This document shows positions 9,346 through 17,881 of a stretch of DNA of 36,445 nt, piece after piece. The notes under the pieces were generated by a model. That model had not been told where the DNA came from, did no database searches, and saw only the letters and a list, made by a program, of their open reading frames with translations. Source of the stretch: an uncultured virus (IMG/VR IMGVR_UViG_3300017643_000041) (Duplodnaviria; Heunggongvirae; Uroviricota; Caudoviricetes). The stretch is from IMG/VR virus record IMGVR_UViG_3300017643_000041; one strand, written 5' to 3'. Numbering within the stretch: position 1 is the stretch's first letter; each line of letters starts with the position of its first letter. Both the position numbers and the translations under genes were made by a program.

Positions 9346-9708
9346 ATGAAGAACCTACAATTGCTAGACGACTTACACGCAGGAAGACTTGAGGGCAAAG
9401 ATTTAGGAGATATAAACCACACAGCCTTTTGGGCCTACATTTACAGCCAAGAAGCTGATAATGAAACCTTGAACTTTAATGAAGTCATTTGGGACCACGA
9501 TGTAGAAGATATCATCAAATTTTGCCATGCATTTGCTATCAACGAAATTACCATTAGCAGCAACTTCTCGGGACTTATTCCTACCTTAGCCTTATTTGAA
9601 AAACTAGGCTGCAAGCTAGAGGGCTTGACCGAAGTTAACGATAGATTCAAAGATTACGCTACTGGCGAGGTGAAAAAGCTGCCGGCGCTTAAGATAAAGA
9701 TTGCTTAA
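9346..9708 (+). CDS. Phage accessory hypothetical protein
   Basis: FWAY..S...LNFNEVIWDHD...ITISSNFSGL pattern; AAGGAGG RBS. Confidence 0.82.
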   Translation: MKNLQLLDDLHAGRLEGKDLGDINHTAFWAYIYSQEADNETLNFNEVIWDHDVEDIIKFCHAFAINEITISSNFSGLIPTLALFEKLGCKLEGLTEVNDRFKDYATGEVKKLPALKIKIA

Positions 9709-9749
9709 CAACTAAATAAAGACACAGGGCCATACGGCTCTGTATCTCG

Positions 9750-9777
9750 TAGTCACCTTTGGGGGTGGCTATTTTTT
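9750..9777 (+). terminator. Intrinsic terminator closing the accessory cassette
   Basis: TAGTCACCT / GGGTGGCTA stem plus TTTTTT, preceded by a second hairpin at about 9722-9748. Confidence 0.7.
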
Positions 9778-9804
9778 GTGCCAGAAAAGGGGGGAGGTGA
9801 GCAC

Positions 9805-11403
9805 TTGTGGAAATTGAAAAGGTACAAACCTACAAAATTTAAAGCTAAGACATCAACCTATGATAAGGAAGCTGCGGATTATGCTGTGGGTTTCGTAGGA
9901 TGTCTTAGTCACACTAAAGGAACATGGGCTGGTAAGCCTTTTGAGCTTATTGACTGGCAAGAGCAGATTATCCGAGATGTCTTTGGTACCTTAAAGCCTA
10001 ATGGCTATAGGCAATTTAACACAGCATATATTGAGATACCCAAAAAAATGGGGAAAAGTGAGCTGGCAGCTGCTGTAGCTTTACTCCTTTGTTGTGGTGA
10101 TGGAGAGGAACGAGCAGAGGTTTACGGCTGCGCGGCTGATAGACAACAAGCTACTATCGTCTTTGATGTAGCTGCAGACATGGTACGCATGTGTCCTGCT
10201 TTAAATAAACGCGTGAAGATACTAGCATCTCAAAAAAGAATTATCTTTGCTCCGACCAATAGCTTTTACCAAGTGCTATCTGCTGAAGCCTATTCTAAGC
10301 ATGGCTTTAATATTCATGGTGTAGTCTTTGATGAATTGCACACCCAGCCTAATAGAAAGCTTTTTGATGTTATGACTAAAGGTTCTGGGGACGCAAGAAT
10401 GCAACCATTGTATTTCTTAATTACTACAGCCGGAACAGATACTAATTCTATTTGCTACGAAACGCATCAAAAAGCTAAGGATATTTTAGAAGGACGCAAG
10501 CATGATGAAACCTTTTACCCAGTAATTTATGGCGCTGAAGAAACCGATGATTGGACTGATCCCAAAGTGTGGAAGAAAGCTAATCCTTCCCTTGATATTA
10601 CCGTAGGCATAGATAAGGTCAAAGCAGCATGTGAGTCTGCTCAGCAAAATCCTGCTGAAGAAAACTCCTTTAGACAGCTTCGCCTTAACCAATGGGTAAA
10701 ACAAGCTATTCGCTGGATGCCTATGGATAAATGGGATGCTTGTGCTTTTCCGGTGAATGAAGATAGTCTAAAAGGCAGAGCTTGCTATGGGGGACTTGAT
10801 TTATCTTCGACTACGGATATAACGGCTTTCGTTTTAGTATTTCCACCAGAAGATGAAAACGATAAATACATTGTTTTACCATATTTTTGGGTACCAGAGG
10901 AAACGTTAGACCTTAGGGTAAGACGTGACCATGTGCCTTATGATACTTGGCAGAAGCTCGGCAAGATAGAGACCACAGAAGGCAACGTAGTGCATTATGG
11001 CTATATTGAAAAGTTCATCGAGCAGTTAGGCGAGAAGTATAACATTCGTGAAATAGCCTTTGATAGATGGGGTGCTGTGCAGATGGTGCAGAACCTAGAG
11101 GGCATGGGGTTTACTGTTATTCCCTTCGGACAGGGCTTTAAAGATATGAGTCCACCTACTAAGGAGCTGATGAAGCTTACCTTGGAGCAGAAAATAGCGC
11201 ATGGTGGTCATCCAGTTCTGCGTTGGATGATGGATAACATTTTCATTCGCTCCGACCCTGCCGGCAATATTAAAGCAGATAAAGAAAAGTCCACGGAGAA
11301 GATAGATGGTGCCATTGCTACCATCATGGCTCTTGATAGGTCGCTAAGAAATGATGGCGTTAGTGGTTCTGTGTATGACGAGAGAGGACTTTTGGTCTTG
11401 TAG
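9805..11403 (+). CDS. terL: Terminase large subunit
   Basis: EIPKKMGKSEL Walker A, VVFDELH Walker B, GGLDLS and KIDG nuclease motifs; TTG start after GGAGGTG. Confidence 0.96.
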   Translation: MWKLKRYKPTKFKAKTSTYDKEAADYAVGFVGCLSHTKGTWAGKPFELIDWQEQIIRDVFGTLKPNGYRQFNTAYIEIPKKMGKSELAAAVALLLCCGDGEERAEVYGCAADRQQATIVFDVAADMVRMCPALNKRVKILASQKRIIFAPTNSFYQVLSAEAYSKHGFNIHGVVFDELHTQPNRKLFDVMTKGSGDARMQPLYFLITTAGTDTNSICYETHQKAKDILEGRKHDETFYPVIYGAEETDDWTDPKVWKKANPSLDITVGIDKVKAACESAQQNPAEENSFRQLRLNQWVKQAIRWMPMDKWDACAFPVNEDSLKGRACYGGLDLSSTTDITAFVLVFPPEDENDKYIVLPYFWVPEETLDLRVRRDHVPYDTWQKLGKIETTEGNVVHYGYIEKFIEQLGEKYNIREIAFDRWGAVQMVQNLEGMGFTVIPFGQGFKDMSPPTKELMKLTLEQKIAHGGHPVLRWMMDNIFIRSDPAGNIKADKEKSTEKIDGAIATIMALDRSLRNDGVSGSVYDERGLLVL

Positions 11404-11426
11404 TTAAAGATACCAAGGTTTATAAT
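11398..11426 (+). promoter_or_regulatory. Sigma-70-type moron promoter
   Basis: TTGTAG-17 bp-TATAAT; the -35 overlaps the terL stop codon. Confidence 0.65.
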
Positions 11427-11458
11427 ATAAATAGATAATAAATTCGGGGGTGTTTTCG

Positions 11459-12145
11459 ATGAAGAAAAAAACAATTTTATTTCTTATAATGTTTTCTCTT
11501 GTATGTAACTGTGTTTCAGCTACATCGACCGTTATGTTAAAAAATACATCTGCTAAAGAGTTATCAAATTTCATAATTACTAATTTTGTTGTGCCAGGAA
11601 ATGGGCAACTACTCTGGCAGACGGATAATAGTATTGCCATTAATTTAAAGTCTTATAGCCAAAACACATTTAACCAAGTAATGTTTGGTAATGACGTGCA
11701 ATGTAGATACACATTCAACTTTGCACCTATAGATAATGACTTGTCAACAGGTATTGATTGTGAAATAATAATGCATCCTAATACTGCTAGAGAAATGAGA
11801 AGCGAAAATAAGGCAACGAGAAAAGAAACAGAAAAATTAGTAAATATTTTTGAAATAACATTTAATGGCGTATACAGATTTGGCATGGATTATAAAGCTA
11901 AATCTAAAGGATTGCTTATTACAGATATTACACAGGGGGGAGCCTTTCAATTCGCTAATATCAATGTTGGTGAAACAATAGTTAGCTTGAATGGTAAGAC
12001 CGTTAAAGAACTTGGAAAGGAAGGTGTGGATGACCTTATTAGATTACATAATACTATAGAATTTGGTATAGAAAATTCGAGTAAAATTGTCAGAAATGTT
12101 AAAGTTGAAAAAAAATACTATCCACCAGTTGGTAGAAATAAATAA
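11459..12145 (+). CDS. Moron: exported protein with C-terminal PDZ-like domain
   Basis: Signal peptide MKKKTILFLIMFSLVCNCVSA; RFGMDY...LLITDITQGGAFQFANINVGETIVSLNG PDZ pattern; AT-rich, with its own promoter and terminator. Confidence 0.8.
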   Translation: MKKKTILFLIMFSLVCNCVSATSTVMLKNTSAKELSNFIITNFVVPGNGQLLWQTDNSIAINLKSYSQNTFNQVMFGNDVQCRYTFNFAPIDNDLSTGIDCEIIMHPNTAREMRSENKATRKETEKLVNIFEITFNGVYRFGMDYKAKSKGLLITDITQGGAFQFANINVGETIVSLNGKTVKELGKEGVDDLIRLHNTIEFGIENSSKIVRNVKVEKKYYPPVGRNK

Positions 12146-12156
12146 GAGTGAATGTG

Positions 12157-12190
12157 GAAAAGGACGTTTTTAATGGAGCGTCCTTTTCTT
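12157..12190 (+). terminator. Intrinsic terminator after the PDZ moron
   Basis: GAAAAGGACG / CGTCCTTTTC stem followed by a T-rich tail. Confidence 0.75.
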
Positions 12191-13549
12191 ATGCCCAAAA
12201 TCAAGGAGGCGATTAAGATTTTAGAGATTTTACACAGATTATTTAGGACGAGGGCAGAACCTCAAAACAGTATCAATGGAGACAATTTACGGTTCTTTTG
12301 GGGTGCTACCTCTAGTGGCAAGAGCGTCAATGAACGTAGTTCGCTCCAAATGACGGCTGTATACTCTTGCGTCAGAATATTATCTGAAACCGTGGCAGGC
12401 CTGCCCTTACACGTCTATCGGTATAACGAAGCCGGTGGTAAGGAAAAGGCTATCGACCATCCTTTGTATAGGCTACTCCATGATGAGCCAAATACGGAGA
12501 TGACCGCTTTTGCTTTTAGGGAAACCTTAATGAGCCATTTACTCCTGTGGGGTAATGCCTATGCTCAGATTATTAGAAATGGCAGAGGAGAGGTCATTGG
12601 ACTATACCCTCTCATGCCTAACAAAATGAAAGTAGATAGAGACAATAGGGGCAACATTTACTACACCTATTCACGCACTCAAGACGATACCAAGCTTAGT
12701 AAACCTGGGGAAGTAGTGCTTAGCCCTCACGAAGTTCTACATATTCCCGGTCTTGGCTTTGATGGTATCATCGGTTATTCGCCCATTGCTATGGCGAAAA
12801 ACGCAGTAGGTATGGCTATTGCTTGCGAGGAATATGGTGCTAAATTTTTTGCTAATGGTGCAGCTCCCGGTGGTGTGCTAGAACATCCGGGCATCGTGAA
12901 AGACCCAGAAAGGGTGCGTCAAAGTTGGAATAGCGTCTACCAAGGAAGTAGCAATTCTCATAAGGTAGCAGTGCTGGAAGAAGGTATGAAATATACACCT
13001 ATTGGTATTTCGCCTGAGCAAGCACAGTTTTTGGAAACAAGAAAATTTCAAATCAATGAGATAGCTCGCATTTTCAGAGTCCCTCCCCATATGGTAGGTG
13101 ACCTTGAAAAGTCGAGCTTTTCTAATATAGAGCAGCAAAGCATGGAGTTTGTAAAATACACCTTGGACCCGTGGGTGGTGCGCTGGGAGCAGACAATTAA
13201 CCGTATGCTTTTTTCTAGCGAAGAAAAGAAAACCTACTTTGTGAAGTTTAATGTAGACGGCCTTTTACGTGGCGATTATCAAAGTCGCATGAATGGCTAT
13301 GCTACGGCAAGACAAAACGGGTGGATGAGTGCTAACGATATTCGAGAATTAGAGAATTTGGACAAAATACCGGTTGAGCTAGGTGGAGACTTATATCTCA
13401 TTAATGGGAGTATGACGAAACTAGAAGATGCCGGTATTTTTGCGAGGAAGGAGGAAAACAACGATGAAGAAGTTTTGGAAGTGGGAGACGAGGAAGATGG
13501 TCAACAAAGAAACCAACGAGGAAGTCGAGGAGCGCATGCTAATCATTAA
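12191..13549 (+). CDS. HK97-family portal protein (start uncertain)
   Basis: AVYSCVRILSETVAGLP, LLLWGNAY, GYSPI, EIARIFRVPP and FSNIEQQ motifs. Confidence 0.95.
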   Translation: MPKIKEAIKILEILHRLFRTRAEPQNSINGDNLRFFWGATSSGKSVNERSSLQMTAVYSCVRILSETVAGLPLHVYRYNEAGGKEKAIDHPLYRLLHDEPNTEMTAFAFRETLMSHLLLWGNAYAQIIRNGRGEVIGLYPLMPNKMKVDRDNRGNIYYTYSRTQDDTKLSKPGEVVLSPHEVLHIPGLGFDGIIGYSPIAMAKNAVGMAIACEEYGAKFFANGAAPGGVLEHPGIVKDPERVRQSWNSVYQGSSNSHKVAVLEEGMKYTPIGISPEQAQFLETRKFQINEIARIFRVPPHMVGDLEKSSFSNIEQQSMEFVKYTLDPWVVRWEQTINRMLFSSEEKKTYFVKFNVDGLLRGDYQSRMNGYATARQNGWMSANDIRELENLDKIPVELGGDLYLINGSMTKLEDAGIFARKEENNDEEVLEVGDEEDGQQRNQRGSRGAHANH

Positions 13550-14219
13550 CGGTACTATTGCTGCAGAGAGTTGGCTGGATGATGACGTGACGCCTAAGAT
13601 TTTTAAGGAAGAATTGTTAGCTGGCACAGGCGATGTGACAGTTTGGATTAATAGTCCGGGCGGTGACTGCATCGCAGCTGCGCAAATCTACACTATGCTT
13701 TCGCAGTACAAAGGCAATGTCACTGTGAAAATTGATGGAGTAGCAGCAAGTGCAGCTTCCGTCATTGCAATGGCAGGACGTAAAGTCTTAATGAGTCCTG
13801 TATCTATGCTTATGGTGCATAATCCGGCTACTTGGGCCGCAGGAGACAAGGCTGAATTTCAAAAGGTAATAGCTATGCTTAATGAAGTAAAGGAGAGCAT
13901 TATTAATGCCTATGAGCGTAAGAGTAGTCTTAGCAGAACGCAACTTGCCCATCTCATGGACGAGGAAAGTTGGATGAATGCTAACAAGGCTGTGGAGCTT
14001 GGCTTTGCCGATGGTATTTTGGAGCGCAAGAGCGTTGAAAATAATATTGAAATGCCTGTGGTAGCGGAGATTTATTCTAAGGCTTATGTCACTAATTGCT
14101 TTAAAGAGAAAATCATTAAAATGTGCAAAATTGCTGCGCCAGTAAAAGAGGAAGAACTGATAGGAACTTCGGTAGATAAGTATTTGGAAGAACTAAATCG
14201 TATAAAAAATCATATATAA
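13464..14219 (+). CDS. ClpP-like head maturation protease
   Basis: WINSPGGD, GVAASAASVI, MVHNP and LGFAD motifs; GGAGG RBS before MKKFWKW. Confidence 0.94.
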   Translation: MKKFWKWETRKMVNKETNEEVEERMLIINGTIAAESWLDDDVTPKIFKEELLAGTGDVTVWINSPGGDCIAAAQIYTMLSQYKGNVTVKIDGVAASAASVIAMAGRKVLMSPVSMLMVHNPATWAAGDKAEFQKVIAMLNEVKESIINAYERKSSLSRTQLAHLMDEESWMNANKAVELGFADGILERKSVENNIEMPVVAEIYSKAYVTNCFKEKIIKMCKIAAPVKEEELIGTSVDKYLEELNRIKNHI

Positions 14220-14236
14220 CCTAGGAGGAATTTAAC

Positions 14237-15403
14237 ATGAATGTAAATGAATTGCGTGAAAAGAGAACTAAATTATGGGAAGGCGCTAAGGCGTACTTAG
14301 AAACTCATCGTAATGAGAAGGGAACGTTAAACGCTGAGGATGATGCAGCCTATAATCGGATGATGGAAGATATGGACGCTTTGGGCAAGGAAATCAAGCG
14401 TATGGAAAAGCAGGAAGCTATGGACAAAGAATTAAACCTAGCTATTTCCACTCCCTTAACTGCTAAACCTCAAACAGGCACTATGGCTGAAAAGGAAGGC
14501 CGCGCAAGTGATGCCTACAGAGAAGCCATGCTGGTAGCACTGCGCAGTCAATTTAAGCAAGTGCGTGATGTCTTGCAAGAAGGGGTGGACACAGATGGTG
14601 GCTATTTAGTGCCGGAGGAATATGACTCTCGTTTAATTGATATCTTAAACGAAGAGAATATTATGCGTAATCTTGGCCATAAAATCACTACTTCCGGTGA
14701 TCACAAGATTAACATCGCAGCTACTAAACCTGCAGCAGCATGGATTGATGAGGGGGAAGCACTGACCTTTGGTGATGCTACCTTTAGTCAAACCTTACTG
14801 GACGCCCATAAGCTCCACGTAGCTATTAAGGTGACGGAGGAACTGCTCTACGATAACGCTTTCAATTTAGAAAGCTACATCATCACTGAGTTTGGTAAGG
14901 CATTAGCTAATGCTGAAGAGGATGCCTTCTTAAATGGTGATGGTACTGGTAAGCCTCTAGGTTTATTTGCTGAAACCGGTGGTGGCACTTTGGCTGAAAC
15001 TTTAACCGCTGGCATTAAGTCTGACGATATGATTAGCCTTATTTATGCGTTAAAGAGACCTTATCGCAAGAGCGCCTCCTTCATTATGAATGATCAAACC
15101 TTGATTGCTTTGCGTAAATTAAAGGATACCAACGGAGCCTATATTTGGCAGCCTTCTTACCAAGCAGGTGAGCCGGACAGAATCCTAGGCTATGCTATTC
15201 ACACCTCTGCTTATGCGCCAAAGGACGCTATTGCCTTTGGTGACTATAGCTACTACAATATCGGTGATCGTGGTACTCGCAGCATGAGTGTACTTCGTGA
15301 GCTTTTTGCCGGTAACGGTATGATTGGCTATGTAGCAAAGGAACGTGTGGATGGTAAATTAATCCTTCCTGAAGCAGTGCAAATCTTAAAGCTAGGCGCA
15401 TAG
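14237..15403 (+). CDS. HK97-fold major capsid protein
   Basis: DGGYLVPEE, AFLNGDGTGKPLG, LRKLKD.NG.YIWQP and ERVDG motifs. Confidence 0.95.
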   Translation: MNVNELREKRTKLWEGAKAYLETHRNEKGTLNAEDDAAYNRMMEDMDALGKEIKRMEKQEAMDKELNLAISTPLTAKPQTGTMAEKEGRASDAYREAMLVALRSQFKQVRDVLQEGVDTDGGYLVPEEYDSRLIDILNEENIMRNLGHKITTSGDHKINIAATKPAAAWIDEGEALTFGDATFSQTLLDAHKLHVAIKVTEELLYDNAFNLESYIITEFGKALANAEEDAFLNGDGTGKPLGLFAETGGGTLAETLTAGIKSDDMISLIYALKRPYRKSASFIMNDQTLIALRKLKDTNGAYIWQPSYQAGEPDRILGYAIHTSAYAPKDAIAFGDYSYYNIGDRGTRSMSVLRELFAGNGMIGYVAKERVDGKLILPEAVQILKLGA

Positions 15404-15413
15404 GAGGCAATAA

Positions 15414-15686
15414 ATGGCAGAGCTATTAATTACAGTAGCAGAAGCCAAAGAATATTTGCGAGTGGACGGAGATGGGGAGGATAAACTCATCTCCTCCCTT
15501 ATTCTCTTGGCTCAAAAATATGTAAGTGATGTTTTGAAATGGGATGTATCGGAAGAACGCATGGAACCACCCATTAAGCAGGCTATCTTAATAGTCACTG
15601 AGCACTTTTATGAGGAGCGTAGCGGTGCTGATGTGCCCAAGGTGGTCATGACACTTCTTCGCCCTTACAGAAATGTGGGGTGGTAG
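15414..15686 (+). CDS. Head-tail connector (gp6-like)
   Basis: EAKEYLRVD...EDKLI...QAIL...FYEER signature. Confidence 0.9.
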   Translation: MAELLITVAEAKEYLRVDGDGEDKLISSLILLAQKYVSDVLKWDVSEERMEPPIKQAILIVTEHFYEERSGADVPKVVMTLLRPYRNVGW

Positions 15687-15687
15687 T

Positions 15688-16026
15688 ATGAATCCAGGAC
15701 AGCTTAATAGTAGAATTACCTTAAAGCATTTAGTGAAGGTGGAAGACGAAGCCGGTGGCTACGAGGAGCATTATGAGCCTTATGCTACAGTGTGGTCTAA
15801 AGTGGTCAATAAGACCGCAGCTAAAAGTTTAGAAGCAGAAGAAATTATATCCATAGCAGACTATGAAATTACCCTTAGATTTAGAAAAGACGTTCTTTTT
15901 ACGGACAGAGCCTATTCAATTGACAAAGAATTTATTCAGCTCGCACCCAGTGTAGATGTCCTCGAAAAGCACAAATATCTAAAACTTTTAGTAAGACAAG
16001 TAGTACCGGAGGGGCTAGATGAGTGA
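15688..16026 (+). CDS. Head closure / head-tail adaptor
   Basis: MNPGQLNSRITL...DEAGG...TVWS...ITLRFR signature. Confidence 0.88.
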   Translation: MNPGQLNSRITLKHLVKVEDEAGGYEEHYEPYATVWSKVVNKTAAKSLEAEEIISIADYEITLRFRKDVLFTDRAYSIDKEFIQLAPSVDVLEKHKYLKLLVRQVVPEGLDE

Positions 16027-16378
16027 AATTAAAGTAGATGGACTCGAACGTACAGTTTCGAAGTTACAGGAAATGCGTATCGCGTCCTCAGAGGTAGTGC
16101 AAAAGGAAACTAGAGCCGGTGCTAATGAAATACGTAAGCGTGCTAGGCAATTAGCACCTAAACGTACCGGTAAGCTGCGCAAAAGTATTAAGGCGAAGCG
16201 GTGCAAGACCAAGGATGGTTATTTGGTGAAGCCGTACTATTACGTAGCTCGTTTTCAAGAGTATGGCACTAGGCGTGGCACTCCTGCGGTAGGCTTTATG
16301 AAACGCACCAGAGAAGAACTCCTGCCTAAAGTGCAGGAGCACATTATGGCTGCCATCGCAAAGGTGGTGGGCAAATGA
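16019..16378 (+). CDS. HK97 gp10-family neck/tail protein
   Basis: APKRTGKLRKSI and FQEYGT motifs. Confidence 0.88.
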   Translation: MSEIKVDGLERTVSKLQEMRIASSEVVQKETRAGANEIRKRARQLAPKRTGKLRKSIKAKRCKTKDGYLVKPYYYVARFQEYGTRRGTPAVGFMKRTREELLPKVQEHIMAAIAKVVGK

Positions 16379-16752
16379 ATTTGCAGCTTATTAATAAGTC
16401 TATTTACGATAGACTGCGAAATATCAAAGGTATTACCGTAGCAGATAGCGTTACAGTAAATGCCAAACGTCCCTATATAGTGTTGGCTGAAACAACAGTT
16501 ACTTCCTGGAACTCCAAAACCACCCAAGGTTATGAAGTCACCACGGGAGTACTTGTTTATTCGGACTATAAGGGTGATAAGGAAATAAATGAAATTGTGG
16601 CCAAGGTACATGAAGTGCTTAGTAGTAAGATTTTATTGCCTTTAGGCTACAAGGTCATCACGCAAAGCATTGAAACAGTTAGTGTGGAGCGGATGGAAGA
16701 GTACCGAGAAGCACAGCTAGATGTAAATTTAAAAATATTTAAGGGGGAATAA
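16375..16752 (+). CDS. Tail completion/terminator (DUF3168-like)
   Basis: PYIVLAE and VYSDYKGDKEI motifs; synteny. Confidence 0.82.
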   Translation: MNLQLINKSIYDRLRNIKGITVADSVTVNAKRPYIVLAETTVTSWNSKTTQGYEVTTGVLVYSDYKGDKEINEIVAKVHEVLSSKILLPLGYKVITQSIETVSVERMEEYREAQLDVNLKIFKGE

Positions 16753-16755
16753 ACC

Positions 16756-17202
16756 ATGAGTGGAACACCAGTAGATGGCGTAGATTTTTTAATTAGTGTG
16801 AATACAAGTACGACAGCAGTACCGGAATACAAGATTTTAGGGGGTCAGAGGAGTGCTACCTTTAAGCGTCAGGCTGACGAAATAGATGCCAGTTCTAAAA
16901 CCAGTGAAGGTTGGAAGGATACTATTCCAGGGCTTCGCAGCTGGGGCATTGATGCAGATGCCTTAGTGCTAGAAAGTGACGATGCCTACGCAAAGCTTGA
17001 CGAGTGCTATATGAATAGAACTCCTGTGGATATTAAGTATACGCGCAAGGACGGCTCCTTTTGGACGGGCAAGGCAACTATTACCGACCTTTCCGAATCC
17101 AGTCCTCATAACGATGTAGCAACCTATACCTTGACCTTGTCCGGTATTGGTAAGCCGGTAAGAACTGAGGCAGAAGTAGCAGGAACGGAGGATGGCGAAT
17201 GA
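16756..17202 (+). CDS. Major tail protein (TP901-1-like)
   Basis: GGQRSATFKRQADEIDASSK...GLRSWGID...TYTLTLSG.G signature. Confidence 0.9.
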   Translation: MSGTPVDGVDFLISVNTSTTAVPEYKILGGQRSATFKRQADEIDASSKTSEGWKDTIPGLRSWGIDADALVLESDDAYAKLDECYMNRTPVDIKYTRKDGSFWTGKATITDLSESSPHNDVATYTLTLSGIGKPVRTEAEVAGTEDGE

Positions 17203-17543
17203 TTTATATTAAACTAGATGGTAAAGATAAACCCTTGCGTTATGACATCAACTCCGTGACACGTATTGAAGAACTCTTTGGTGGTAAGAGTTTAATTACT
17301 ATGCTTTCTAATCCTGCCTATTTTGGCTTTAGTCTTATTCGCGCTCTCTTATGGGGCGGTTTAAGATATCGTGAAAAAGGTTTAACCTTGGACAGAACGG
17401 GCCTCCTCATGCAGGAATATTTAGATGCAGGTGGTTCTTTGGGAGATATTAGCGATAAGGTAATGGCTGCTCTTATGGAAGCTGGTATCTTTAAAGCAAA
17501 TGCTGAGGAAGAAGTGAGCGAAGAGGAAGAGGGTTTAAACTAG
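17199..17543 (+). CDS. Tail assembly chaperone G
   Basis: Lies between the major tail and tape measure genes; ends in slippery GGG TTT AAA C just before the stop. Confidence 0.85.
   Translation: MIYIKLDGKDKPLRYDINSVTRIEELFGGKSLITMLSNPAYFGFSLIRALLWGGLRYREKGLTLDRTGLLMQEYLDAGGSLGDISDKVMAALMEAGIFKANAEEEVSEEEEGLN
17531..17540 (+). other. Programmed -1 ribosomal frameshift site (G GGT TTA / T TTA AAC)
   Basis: Two overlapping X XXY YYZ heptamers in the correct phase. The -1 frame is open from here into ORF 17573-17881. Confidence 0.85.
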
Positions 17544-17572
17544 CTCAGTCTTGCACGGAATATGCTGAGGAG

Positions 17573-17881
17573 ATGGCAGGATATGCTCTGGTGGAACTTG
17601 GCCTTAAGCCTTGGGAATTTAAAAGGCTTACCCTTAGTGAATTTATGCGCATGCTAAAGCTTCAAAGGGAGGCTAAGCGCCAAGGGTATATCCGCAGGGC
17701 TGAGCTAGTAACTATTGTGATAAACGCCTGTGGAATGAATCTCAAAAAGGGCGTAGAAGTAAAAGATTTATTAGGTTTCGATCCCTACAAGAAGGAAACG
17801 GAACTAATTACCAAAGAAACTGCAGCAGAAGATTTGGCGCTACTTAAACAAAAGCTAGGAGGTGAGAGCAGTGGACGCTAA
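17573..17881 (+). CDS. Tail assembly chaperone T segment (expressed as G-T fusion)
   Basis: LGLKPWEFKRLTLSEF motif typical of gpT; lies in the -1 frame of G. Confidence 0.8.
   Translation: MAGYALVELGLKPWEFKRLTLSEFMRMLKLQREAKRQGYIRRAELVTIVINACGMNLKKGVEVKDLLGFDPYKKETELITKETAAEDLALLKQKLGGESSGR

Noticed and set aside
13464..13549. 86-nt overlap of the portal C-terminus with the protease gene
   Set aside because: Low-complexity run-on tail; no evidence of a separate function.
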